Positions 56,701-64,000 of a stretch of 64,000 nt of DNA are shown piece by piece. The position numbers and the translations under genes are program-made. Origin of the DNA: an uncultured Pirellula sp. (lineage in GTDB: Bacteria; Planctomycetota; Planctomycetia; Pirellulales; Pirellulaceae). The first letter of the stretch is position 1. Every line of letters starts with the position of its first letter. The stretch covers positions 46-64,045 of the forward strand of contig CAYMXM010000001.1 of NCBI GenBank assembly GCA_964394065.1, read 5' to 3'. The notes beneath the pieces are model-generated. The model saw only the letters and a list, made by a program, of their open reading frames with translations, was not told the DNA's origin and did not search any database.

Positions 56701-56950
56701 GGATATGATCAAGGAATTGGATGTTGCAGCACAACCCTCGGGGGCTGTTCAAATGGTGGAGGTAGGTGGTACAAATTCGGTGGCGATGGAGCGAGCCCTC
56801 AAAGCGTTGATCGGGCGCAAAGAAGAATCGAAGCCGCCGCAACCCGGCAATCAGCAAGGTGGCGAGGTTCAACAGAACAACAACGATCGCCCACCCAGCA
56901 ACAACCGAAATTCCTCTCAGCGACGAAATCGACAATCATCCAATGACTAA
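53795..56950 (+). CDS. Secretin N-domain-repeat protein (GspD/PulD N-terminal-like)
   Basis: N0-like AWPDILRWVA..SNL and repeated N domains (LEATNRL, NSIIA, DNQILL, TRSLIV, TNSIIV); no secretin barrel seen. Confidence 0.75.
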   Translation: MDVPDEEPRMMHPLLFSPFAILIAGLVACAFPLPAVAIAQGDVQVVVQAQNQPGRGGPPPGQPPQPGQPGQPPGGPNASKPGEKTPGQPDANPNAPAAPADSVKRTDKPPEPPNKKEFDVRPDDKGMVEFQFRNQAWPDILRWVAETSNLSLDWQELPNDYLNIATQRKQSLEDTRDLINRHLLARGYTMLELDGVIQVVKTAGINVSLVPRVPPAVLEALPPNRFVRTSFSLTTLLAKDVVEEFKPLVSSNGTLNALEATNRLEAMDSASNLAEIARIIQEEESDEAAESLAREFELEFVRAVDAREQLMSFLGIEQKGGNRPMNPMEMQMQQQQMQMRMQMQQQQAASGGKVNQPKEAAPVYLIANMRRNSIIAHAAPDKMAIIAAFIKRIDVPSENSMSMQRLETRMKVYRLSSLDPKQLVASMIAMDALEPTTRLEVDDKNRAIIAYASLGDQLLIQQTIDRLDGSARDFEVIQLRRLNAEDVAGTIKFLMGSEQPKDDSRNRNRYYYDPWGYNQPQEKESTDAFRVGANSQDNQILLWANEIEIKEVNKLLMKLGEIPPQGQARSTIRTIDASRSQETKEYLERLREAWSKVSPQPLVLPGDEEFQSDEPELNLIEEEDKKEEAEKDPDASKSDASKSDTSKSDAEKKESEEERKERQTSASEISLDRTFENEPSSIPAGRLSAATVQEDSDEEKTASKEQSKDVTSGGGTEATGKGKPKSTSANDPLAGIEIRFDEKGNLVIASDDLDALDRLEEMMMTNSPPQRKYEVFYIQHTRPSWIELNLKDYFKDEDEPKSNSNSFYSWLYGFDEPSKKEKSDPQLGKKRKLKFISDLDTRSLIVIGADEQQLKTIKSLIKLWDVPEKPNRQKLRFTKLVKVEHSRADSIVDAIKEAYRDLLSANDKAFSKGKGEGNQESKHEDTSESVSDSGGMSFRFTGRLSMGIDRVTNSIIVSAEGEDLLKLVVDMIKELDVAAQPSGAVQMVEVGGTNSVAMERALKALIGRKEESKPPQPGNQQGGEVQQNNNDRPPSNNRNSSQRRNRQSSND

Positions 56951-57794
56951 GGAAACTTCTGCCGAGTCACCCAAAGGATCGGCAGCCTGCTCGGAGCAAC
57001 TACCTCTCGCGGGGCAACTCGCGCTCGTAACGGGGGCTGCTCGAGGGATCGGTGCGGGGATCGCTCGATCCCTTGCCGCTGCTGGAGCCGACGTTGCTGT
57101 CAACGACATCAACGATCCTTCGGAAACGGTCGCATGTTGCCAGTCTCTCGGCAGACGATCTTCTCCCTATACCTGCGACGTATCGAAGCAGGAGGAGGTG
57201 GAGGGGATGGTCGATCGGGTGGAGAAAGAGATGGGGCCCATCTCCATTCTTGTCTCCAACGCGGCTTACAGCGATCGAGAGCTCTTCTACAAAGCCTCGA
57301 TGGAAGGATTTGAAAAGACGATCGATGTCTGCATGTGGGGGCCTTATTATTTAACGCGCGCGGTAGCCAATCGAATGATCCCCCGTTCTTTGGAAGTGGG
57401 GCCAGCGAATTTTCGTGGAAACATCGTCGTGGTTTCTTCGCCACATGCTTATAAGCCGATCCCTGGCGCGATGGCTTACAACATGGGGAAGGCGGCGATC
57501 GATCAGATGGCGAAAACGGCAGCGGTGGAGTTGGCCGAGTACCGCATTCGGGTGAACATCGTCCATCCTGGTTGGACCGACACTCCGGGGGAGCGAAAGT
57601 TCTTTCGGGAAGAAGAGTTGAAGGAGTTGGGGAGTGCCCTCCCGTGGGGGAGGTTAGCGCAACCTGAAGACCTCGGACATGGAGTCGCCTTCTTAGTCGA
57701 TCCTAGAAGTGACTATATCACCGGCGCAACCCTCTCCATCGATGGCGGAATCGTCTTACCGTTTCAAGAGATGTTTCGGGTAAAGGATCGATAG
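56943..57794 (+). CDS. Short-chain dehydrogenase/reductase
   Basis: TGAARGIG, VSNAA, YNMGK and RVNIVHPG motifs. Confidence 0.93.
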   Translation: MTKETSAESPKGSAACSEQLPLAGQLALVTGAARGIGAGIARSLAAAGADVAVNDINDPSETVACCQSLGRRSSPYTCDVSKQEEVEGMVDRVEKEMGPISILVSNAAYSDRELFYKASMEGFEKTIDVCMWGPYYLTRAVANRMIPRSLEVGPANFRGNIVVVSSPHAYKPIPGAMAYNMGKAAIDQMAKTAAVELAEYRIRVNIVHPGWTDTPGERKFFREEELKELGSALPWGRLAQPEDLGHGVAFLVDPRSDYITGATLSIDGGIVLPFQEMFRVKDR

Positions 57795-57876
57795 AGAGTC
57801 TGTTCGTAACCACGGATAACACCGATAGCACGGATTTTTGATATCGGTGCTAAGGGGGGGAAGCGAAGACCCCCCC

Positions 57877-58048
57877 ATCACAACCCGACGCGTTAGCGAG
57901 GGATAGCGTTGCGAGTGAGCGTGGCCCTTGTCGCGAATATTTCGAGCGTCGGGTGGCACGTCCCTGAGGCACGAAGGGCGTGCTGTTGTGCCTTATATTG
58001 GATGCCTAGTTGCCAGCGCTGTCCCTCGCTTACGCCACGGGTTGTGAT
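57877..58048. repeat. MITE/REP-like element family B
   Basis: Same terminal inverted repeats and internal block as the other family B copies. Confidence 0.85.
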
Positions 58049-58175
58049 TTTGTGGCCCGGGCCACGATGAAGACTTTTCGCGATTGCAAAATTTTCACAC
58101 ACCAACCGCGTAACGGCAATCATTTCGCTCTACAATCTACTCCGAGCCCCTTTCAACTTCTCCATTGGACCGAAC

Positions 58176-59945
58176 ATGTTTAAGTATCTGTGCCTAGCGT
58201 TGACCTTCGCGAGCGTAGTTTTCTTTGGCGATGTATCCCAAGCCCAACGCCCCACGGCTCCGCAGCTCTTCAGCGAAAAAGCGATCGTTTATTTCCGAGT
58301 CAACGATGTGCGCGAGTTGAAGGAAAAGATGTCGCAGTCTGCAACAGGTCGGCTCTACAACGACCGGGATGTAAAACCCTTCTTCAATACGTTCTATGCA
58401 AGCATCGCTGAGCTTGCACAAGGGATGCAGCAAGAGATCGGGATTAGTCTCGACGAGTTGCTTTCGATTCCGAACGGGGAACTCGCGATCGCCGTCATGC
58501 CAACGCCCCAGGGAAGACCCAATATCTGCTTTATGATAGAAGCTGGTGAAGAGATGCCGGCAGTTGAGATTCTTCTCGGAAGATTTGAGAAACGGCTAAT
58601 TGAGCGCGAATCCCTTCCCGGTAAAGCGACGAAACAAGTTGGTCGGATTGAAATCTCAAGCATGATAAACCCGTCGGAAGGCCAAGGGTTCGGTTACTTC
58701 ATCGACTCCGGTGTCTTGGTCGGAACCCTTGGCCCCGAGTACATCGAAACCCTTGCTCAGATTTGGCAACAAAGTGGTGTCGATCACGTCCCCCTCGCGG
58801 AGAACCGAGACTTCACCTCGATTCTAACGCGATGCGTCGGGACCGAGGGGGAGCGTCCTCAGATTTCCTTTTACGCTAACCCGATCGGAATCGCACGGGA
58901 ATCGATGCGAAACTCTCCTTCTGCTCTCGTGACCCTGGCTGCGATCAAAACGTTAGGCTTGGATGGTGTCAAAGGAGTTGGAGGAAGCGCCATTCTCGGC
59001 ACCAACGATTTCGATTCGGTAGTGCATGCACACATTCTTCTCGATAACGCGCGGCAAGGTGTTCTGCGTGTGTTGAAGCCCAAGTCGGGCTCGACCGAAC
59101 CGGAACCTTGGGTCGATGAAGATGTTGTCAGCTACAGCACGATCAATTGGGATCTCCAAGCCTCCTTGCGAGCTGTGCGAGAGATGGTTGAGACCTTTGC
59201 AGGTGAAGAAGCGTTTGATGACTTTCTTGTCAAAACATCGCGAGCCTTAGGCTTCGACTTCCAAAAGGATTTCTGGGACTTGCTCGACGATCGCATCACG
59301 ATCATGGGGAAGATATTGCCGTCGAAGAAGATCAATAGTCAGTCCAATCTCCTCGCGCTGCACGTCAAGGAGAAGGACAAGGAGCGTTTTTCAAGTGTCG
59401 TTCTACCTCGTCTCTTTGAGCGGGCTTCCAAAAGCAATTCACGATGGCGTGAAATGACGAAGGAAGGGGTTCGCATTTACTACTTGGATCTCCAGGACAA
59501 CAATCCCTCGATTCGTCCGCCGCAACCCGCCTTTGCGATGCTCGATTCCTGTATGCTTGTAAGCGATTCGCCGGCAACGATCGAGATGGCGATCCAGACG
59601 TATCAGGGGGGAGGAAATCTCCTTGCCGATGCCATCGAGTTCAAGTTGATTCGTGAAAAGATCAAAGCGCAGCTCAACGGCCAGGAGTACTCGATCATGT
59701 CGTATCAGCGACCGGACGAGCAGTTGAGACTTTTCTACGATCTCGCAGCAGATTCTGACAACGTAGGGAGGCTCGAAGAGGCTGCGGCGAACAACCCACT
59801 GTTGATGGCTTTGGTCAAAGCGCTGAGGAACAACAAGCTCCCTCCGTTTGAAACGATTGCAAAATACATGGTCCCCACCGGTGCATTCATCATCGAAGAA
59901 GAGAACGGCCTCCACTACACCGCGTTTTCGTTGAAGCGAGAGTAG
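58176..59945 (+). CDS. Exported hypothetical protein (DUF3352-like)
   Basis: Signal peptide and a long ORF with repeated alpha/beta units. Confidence 0.7.
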   Translation: MFKYLCLALTFASVVFFGDVSQAQRPTAPQLFSEKAIVYFRVNDVRELKEKMSQSATGRLYNDRDVKPFFNTFYASIAELAQGMQQEIGISLDELLSIPNGELAIAVMPTPQGRPNICFMIEAGEEMPAVEILLGRFEKRLIERESLPGKATKQVGRIEISSMINPSEGQGFGYFIDSGVLVGTLGPEYIETLAQIWQQSGVDHVPLAENRDFTSILTRCVGTEGERPQISFYANPIGIARESMRNSPSALVTLAAIKTLGLDGVKGVGGSAILGTNDFDSVVHAHILLDNARQGVLRVLKPKSGSTEPEPWVDEDVVSYSTINWDLQASLRAVREMVETFAGEEAFDDFLVKTSRALGFDFQKDFWDLLDDRITIMGKILPSKKINSQSNLLALHVKEKDKERFSSVVLPRLFERASKSNSRWREMTKEGVRIYYLDLQDNNPSIRPPQPAFAMLDSCMLVSDSPATIEMAIQTYQGGGNLLADAIEFKLIREKIKAQLNGQEYSIMSYQRPDEQLRLFYDLAADSDNVGRLEEAAANNPLLMALVKALRNNKLPPFETIAKYMVPTGAFIIEEENGLHYTAFSLKRE

Positions 59946-59961
59946 GGGCTGGGCTGCGTGA

Positions 59962-60798
59962 ATGATGCGTCATGTTCACAGTGTCTTGTTTCTGTTGATG
60001 GGAACGCTGATCTCCGTGTGGGGATTAGATAGTTTCCTGGTTCCAAACCATTTTATAGACGGTGGGGTGACGGGCATTTCGATGCTCCTGGCCCACTTTG
60101 TCGGTGGGCCGCTCGGGGTTTGGATCGCAGTAGCAAACCTTCCATTTATCTATCTTGGTTATCGATTCATCAATCGCGAGTTCGCCATCAAGACGGCGAT
60201 TGCGATCGGTGCAATGGCGTTTTGGCTCTGGCTGATCCCGTTCCCGATGGTTACGGAGGATCATCTTCTCGGTGCCCTTTTCGGTGGGATTTTTGTCGGG
60301 GCTGGGGTTGGGTTGGCATTGCGTGGAGGAGCCGTAACCGACGGGACTGAAATTCTCGCCGTGATTTTATCGAAGCGTATGGCGGCTACGGTTGGCGAAA
60401 TCATTCTCGTTCTGAACGCATTGATCTTTTTGTTCGCCGCGATTTTCATCGGCGCCGAACCCGCCCTCTACTCGGTATTAACCTATTTTGCCGCATTCAA
60501 AACGATCGATTTCATCTTGCACGGAATTGAAGCGTACAACGGCGTCATGGTCTTTTCCTCTAAGAACGAATCGATACGCAAATCGATTCTGGATCAACTA
60601 GGGCGTGGCGTTACGATGCTCAAGGGGGCTGGCGGGTACACGGCGGCAGAACAACAGGTTCTTTACTGTGTAGTAACACGATTGGAGTTGCCCAAGCTGC
60701 AGAGCTTGGTTCGTGAGATTGATGAGAATGCGTTTGTCGTTGTCGCACCAGTGCATGAAGTGAGCGGTGGAGTGATTAAGCAACGGGTTTTTCACTAG
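59962..60798 (+). CDS. YitT family membrane protein
   Basis: FIDGGVTGIS, GGAVTDGTE and GRGVT...G.Y motifs. Confidence 0.93.
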   Translation: MMRHVHSVLFLLMGTLISVWGLDSFLVPNHFIDGGVTGISMLLAHFVGGPLGVWIAVANLPFIYLGYRFINREFAIKTAIAIGAMAFWLWLIPFPMVTEDHLLGALFGGIFVGAGVGLALRGGAVTDGTEILAVILSKRMAATVGEIILVLNALIFLFAAIFIGAEPALYSVLTYFAAFKTIDFILHGIEAYNGVMVFSSKNESIRKSILDQLGRGVTMLKGAGGYTAAEQQVLYCVVTRLELPKLQSLVREIDENAFVVVAPVHEVSGGVIKQRVFH

Positions 60799-60825
60799 GA
60801 AAACAGCTCTTGGGTGGGCCTGACG

Positions 60826-60993
60826 TTGGTGTTGTGAGGATTAAGATTTGCGCAAGTTTCGTTCTCTGATTCGCTTCTTGTCCGATCGGGGCTCGCCCCC
60901 TTCGGGCACTGCTTTGGCGCCCTAGAACGCGCCGCGCTTTAAGATATCTGCTCCCCTCGCCCCTTTTAGGGGAGAGGGGCTGGGGGTGAGGGG
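60826..60993. repeat. Composite REP element (families C+A)
   Basis: Inverted near-copy of 45886-46048. Confidence 0.8.
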
Positions 60994-61146
60994 TTGAAGT
61001 GCTAGGAACGTTGACCAAGTTGGCGGCTCTGACCCGCCGATTCGTACTCAGCGCAGCGGTACTCGGTGTCTGGTGGGGACAAGCCCCATCCAGACGAGAG
61101 ACACTTTCCCAAAGAAAAATGCTTCACAGCGTTCCTGACAAGGTCT

Positions 61147-61192
61147 ACGTGCACTCGCGACGCCGTCCCTCGCTTACGCCACGGGTTGTGAT
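61147..61192. repeat. Half copy of the family B element
   Basis: ...CCCTCGCTTACGCCACGGGTTGTGAT, right terminal repeat only. Confidence 0.7.
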
Positions 61193-61417
61193 GGGGGGGA
61201 CCATTTTTCTCTGAAACGGACTCATTTGCAATTAAAATGCAAAAGCATCCTGTTGCGATTAGAGAGGGCGTTTGTTATTGTAGTGTTTTTGGTTGTTCGA
61301 TGCATATGCATTAGTGTTGCAAATTAGATTTCGATGTGTTTGCCAGAACGATCAGCCTACTATCATCCTCGCGGGAACGGTTGAGATTCCGTAGTCCCTA
61401 ACTGAGCTGAGCCCCTC

Positions 61418-62980
61418 ATGGCGGAAGTTGCTTTTTGGAGTGTCGTGCTGCGGTTCCTGCAGGCTTGCCTGCAAGGTGCTCCCTTTATCTTTACGGGGTT
61501 CTGTGTCATGGGGCTGTTCCATCGATTGATGGGGCATCGGCACACGAAATGGCTGTTCGGCTCGAATAGCTTGAGCTCTCTTTTCCAATCTTGGGTCTTG
61601 GGGATGCTTCTCCCTGGCTGCTCTCTCGGAACGATCCCAATCGTCAAACAGCTGCGACGAAGCGGGATCGCGGTCGGAACCATCTTTGCCTTCGCACTTT
61701 CCTCGCCTCTGTTTGATCCCCTCTCCCTCCTGTACGGGCTCACCCTCTCCAAACCCTTCACCATCCTCGCATTTGCGACCTGCTCATTGATCGTGGTCAC
61801 CATATCGGGAAGCCTGTTCGATCGTTGGTATCCTGATACCGAGATCGATATTCCGGAGCCACCGACAGCAGAGATGGGCATTAAACGACTCCTTGCAATT
61901 TTGGTCGTGATGGCGCGTGAGTCGGTGAGCAGTACTTTCCTCTATATCCTCATTGGCCTCTTCGGGTCGGCTTTTTTGACTGGGATGATTCCCAACGGAA
62001 GCTTGCAGCGATCGATGGATCACTCCAATTCATGGGCCCCCTTGGTGATGACCGGCGTTGCAATTCCTGTCTATGCAACACCGATGGCGATTATGGGGAC
62101 CCTTGGCTCCATGTTCCAACACGGGAACTCCGTAGGAGCTGCTTTCTCTCTTCTGATCTTCGGTGCAGGGGTCAATCTGGGCTTGATCGTCTGGATGGGA
62201 TGCAACTATGGCTGGAGGAAGTGCCTCTTCTGGATGGGGCTGATGGTCTCCATCGTTCTTGTGATTTCCTATGTTGTCGAAAACCCACTCTATCCGCAGG
62301 ATATCGAACCCGCAGATCACACCCATGCCTTCGACCCCTTCTGTCAACCTTTTATGGCGGGGACTACCCCTGCCGGTGGCTTTCCTTCGGAAGTCGTTCG
62401 AAAGATCCGAATGGAAACCCAACTTCATGAGATAGCTGGTGCGATCGCCTGGGGATGTTTGCTCGCAACCGGGCTCGGTCTTCGGATCCTCGATCGGCGA
62501 TGGAACATCGACGATTGGTTGGTGGCAACGCCCACTCTCGATGGAGTTCCTAAAGAGCGAAGTCGTTGGGACATCGAGATTCCCAATCCGGTCCTGGCCG
62601 TTTTGGGCTTAATCGCGATCGTTGCTTTCAGCATTGTCGGTTGCTTCGCTTACTATCCGGATCCCAAAGAAACGCTTGAGGAGCTTCGTGTAGCCAACAC
62701 GGAAGCTTTCTCTGCCGCCAACTCCGGTAACAAAGGGAATGCAAAGCATTGGATTCCCATCTGCGAAGGTTGGAATCGTCGTCTCTTGGTCGGAGTCTAT
62801 TTGCGAAAGTGGAAAGTAGGCGATCAGCAGCTCGCCACGTCTCGCACCTATGCAGATCGACTCGAAGAGCTAGAGCACCTCGTTGAAGATGGAGCGGAGT
62901 CGAGTGTGATACGAGCAAAAGTAAGCGAAGCATCGGCCGCAGCTCGCGAGATGTCACGTGCCTTCTCGGAGCAGGAGTAA
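61418..62980 (+). CDS. Predicted permease (DUF318-like)
   Basis: LPGCSLGTIP, FALSSPLFDP and GAGVNL motifs; many TM helices. Confidence 0.8.
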   Translation: MAEVAFWSVVLRFLQACLQGAPFIFTGFCVMGLFHRLMGHRHTKWLFGSNSLSSLFQSWVLGMLLPGCSLGTIPIVKQLRRSGIAVGTIFAFALSSPLFDPLSLLYGLTLSKPFTILAFATCSLIVVTISGSLFDRWYPDTEIDIPEPPTAEMGIKRLLAILVVMARESVSSTFLYILIGLFGSAFLTGMIPNGSLQRSMDHSNSWAPLVMTGVAIPVYATPMAIMGTLGSMFQHGNSVGAAFSLLIFGAGVNLGLIVWMGCNYGWRKCLFWMGLMVSIVLVISYVVENPLYPQDIEPADHTHAFDPFCQPFMAGTTPAGGFPSEVVRKIRMETQLHEIAGAIAWGCLLATGLGLRILDRRWNIDDWLVATPTLDGVPKERSRWDIEIPNPVLAVLGLIAIVAFSIVGCFAYYPDPKETLEELRVANTEAFSAANSGNKGNAKHWIPICEGWNRRLLVGVYLRKWKVGDQQLATSRTYADRLEELEHLVEDGAESSVIRAKVSEASAAAREMSRAFSEQE

Positions 62981-62984
62981 CTCA

Positions 62985-64000
62985 ATGTTGCGTCGCATTC
63001 GCGCGTGCAATCGCTGGTTGCAAGCCTTGCTTCTTCACGACTTCTTCCCCACGTCGCCGTTCACCCTTGGACTTCGACGCTTACGGGACTTGCTGAAAAC
63101 GCCGATCGCATGCTTGTCGATTGCTGGGATCGTTGCGTCGGTTTGCGCTATTTATATCAATCCACTCGCATGGCCAATCGTCCTCTCTATCGCCGGTCTT
63201 GCATTGATCGGAACAATCTGGCCGATCCTTTCCGTGAGAGGAGTTCGTTGTGAACTTGTTTTCTCGGAGCCGCGAGGACGCGTAGGGGAGACGAGCATCG
63301 CGAAGGTTCAGATGAGAAACCTTCTCCCCTGGCCGGTATGGGGACTGGCGATCGATATTCCCGCTGCAGAGGTTGGAAGTCGTGGCCCGAGCGTCTCGCC
63401 CGGAATCGCAAACACTCTCTCGGGCGAGACACCCGGGCCACGGATTGCGATCGCCCAACTAAATGCTTGGAGCGAGATCGAATTTACTTGGGAAACGACT
63501 CCGCTCCTTCGAGGGCGTTATCCAATCAGTCCCCCTCTAGTTTCGACCGGTTTTCCTTTTGGTATCCTTTGGGGGAAACGGAAAGTCGATGTTCGCGAGC
63601 AACAAATTGTATGGCCCCAATCGGTTCCGCTCGATTCCTTTCCTCATTCCGAATGCATAAATGTCTTGGACCTTAGCTACTCCGATCGAATCGTCGGGGA
63701 TTGCGGCGACGTACTGGGAACTCGCGAGTTTCGGCATGGTGACTCTCTTCGCAAGATCCATTGGGGACAAACAGCTCGTCATCAACGAGTCATTGTTACT
63801 GAACGGCAGGCCCAAGCGAACGTGACTGTAAGTTTGATGGTGGATGTCGACCATCGATCTCATTCGGATCGTCACAGTCCGGGATCCTTGGAGCAGATCA
63901 TTCGGATCGCCGCCAGCATCTGCGAGTCGATGCCTCGTCTGTCGATCCAAGTCGAGTGCGAGATTGGCAAGGAGCTGTTTCACCTTGGCAGACGCGATAC
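62985..64000 (+). CDS. DUF58 family protein (runs off the window end; absent from the ORF track)
   Basis: GGAG RBS and an ATG at 62985; open frame to the window end with GFPFG and REFRHGDSLRKIHWGQTAR. Confidence 0.88.
   Translation, partial: MLRRIRACNRWLQALLLHDFFPTSPFTLGLRRLRDLLKTPIACLSIAGIVASVCAIYINPLAWPIVLSIAGLALIGTIWPILSVRGVRCELVFSEPRGRVGETSIAKVQMRNLLPWPVWGLAIDIPAAEVGSRGPSVSPGIANTLSGETPGPRIAIAQLNAWSEIEFTWETTPLLRGRYPISPPLVSTGFPFGILWGKRKVDVREQQIVWPQSVPLDSFPHSECINVLDLSYSDRIVGDCGDVLGTREFRHGDSLRKIHWGQTARHQRVIVTERQAQANVTVSLMVDVDHRSHSDRHSPGSLEQIIRIAASICESMPRLSIQVECEIGKELFHLGRRD
63382..63441. repeat. REP-like palindrome (family D) inside the DUF58 coding region
   Basis: GTGGCCCGAGCGTCTCGCCCG...CGGGCGAGACACCCGGGCCAC, exactly 60 bp; related arms occur intergenically near 51440 and 58052. 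Confidence 0.7.

Noticed and set aside
247-63983. Numerous alternative-frame and antisense ORFs in the track (for example 709-1431, 10846-11523, 12334-13155, 33633-34349, 63537-63983)
   Set aside because: They overlap well-supported genes, lack motifs and RBSs, and are expected shadows in GC-rich DNA.

Overview
Bacterial chromosome segment, probably from a planctomycete. This is inferred from the host gene types: a sulfatase, a prenyltransferase-repeat protein, a secretin N-domain protein and a membrane Ser/Thr kinase-like protein. The window is dominated by an apparently complete ~36.3 kb HK97/lambda-like siphovirus prophage (5825-42095). It is integrated in the 3' half of tRNA-Phe(GAA) and bounded by a perfect 52-bp direct repeat. 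Nearly all phage genes lie on the minus strand, in this order: regulatory leader, early and replication genes, packaging, head, tail. Only the att-proximal integrase, a small ORF after it and an AIPR moron are on the plus strand. The most unusual elements are: (1) a 123-nt tRNA-shaped RNA whose anticodon loop is replaced by a 57-nt hairpin, set in an operator/terminator-rich early leader; (2) an ERV/ALR sulfhydryl-oxidase-like gene coupled to a 31-cysteine tail-end protein; (3) a CarF/TMEM189-like lipid desaturase and a secreted, membrane-anchored serine protease at the head of the late operon, with no recognisable holin or endolysin anywhere in the prophage; (4) an Ig-domain serine protease inserted in the head module; (5) a tandem CsrA-like gene whose own RBS matches the CsrA binding consensus; (6) two tyrosine recombinases and ten origin repeats phased at exactly 11 bp. 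The host flanks carry trpD, panB, bcp, argF, argB, transport and envelope genes, and several families of REP/MITE-like palindromes, one of them in frame inside a DUF58 gene. All family assignments come from reading motifs by eye; no database searches were run.
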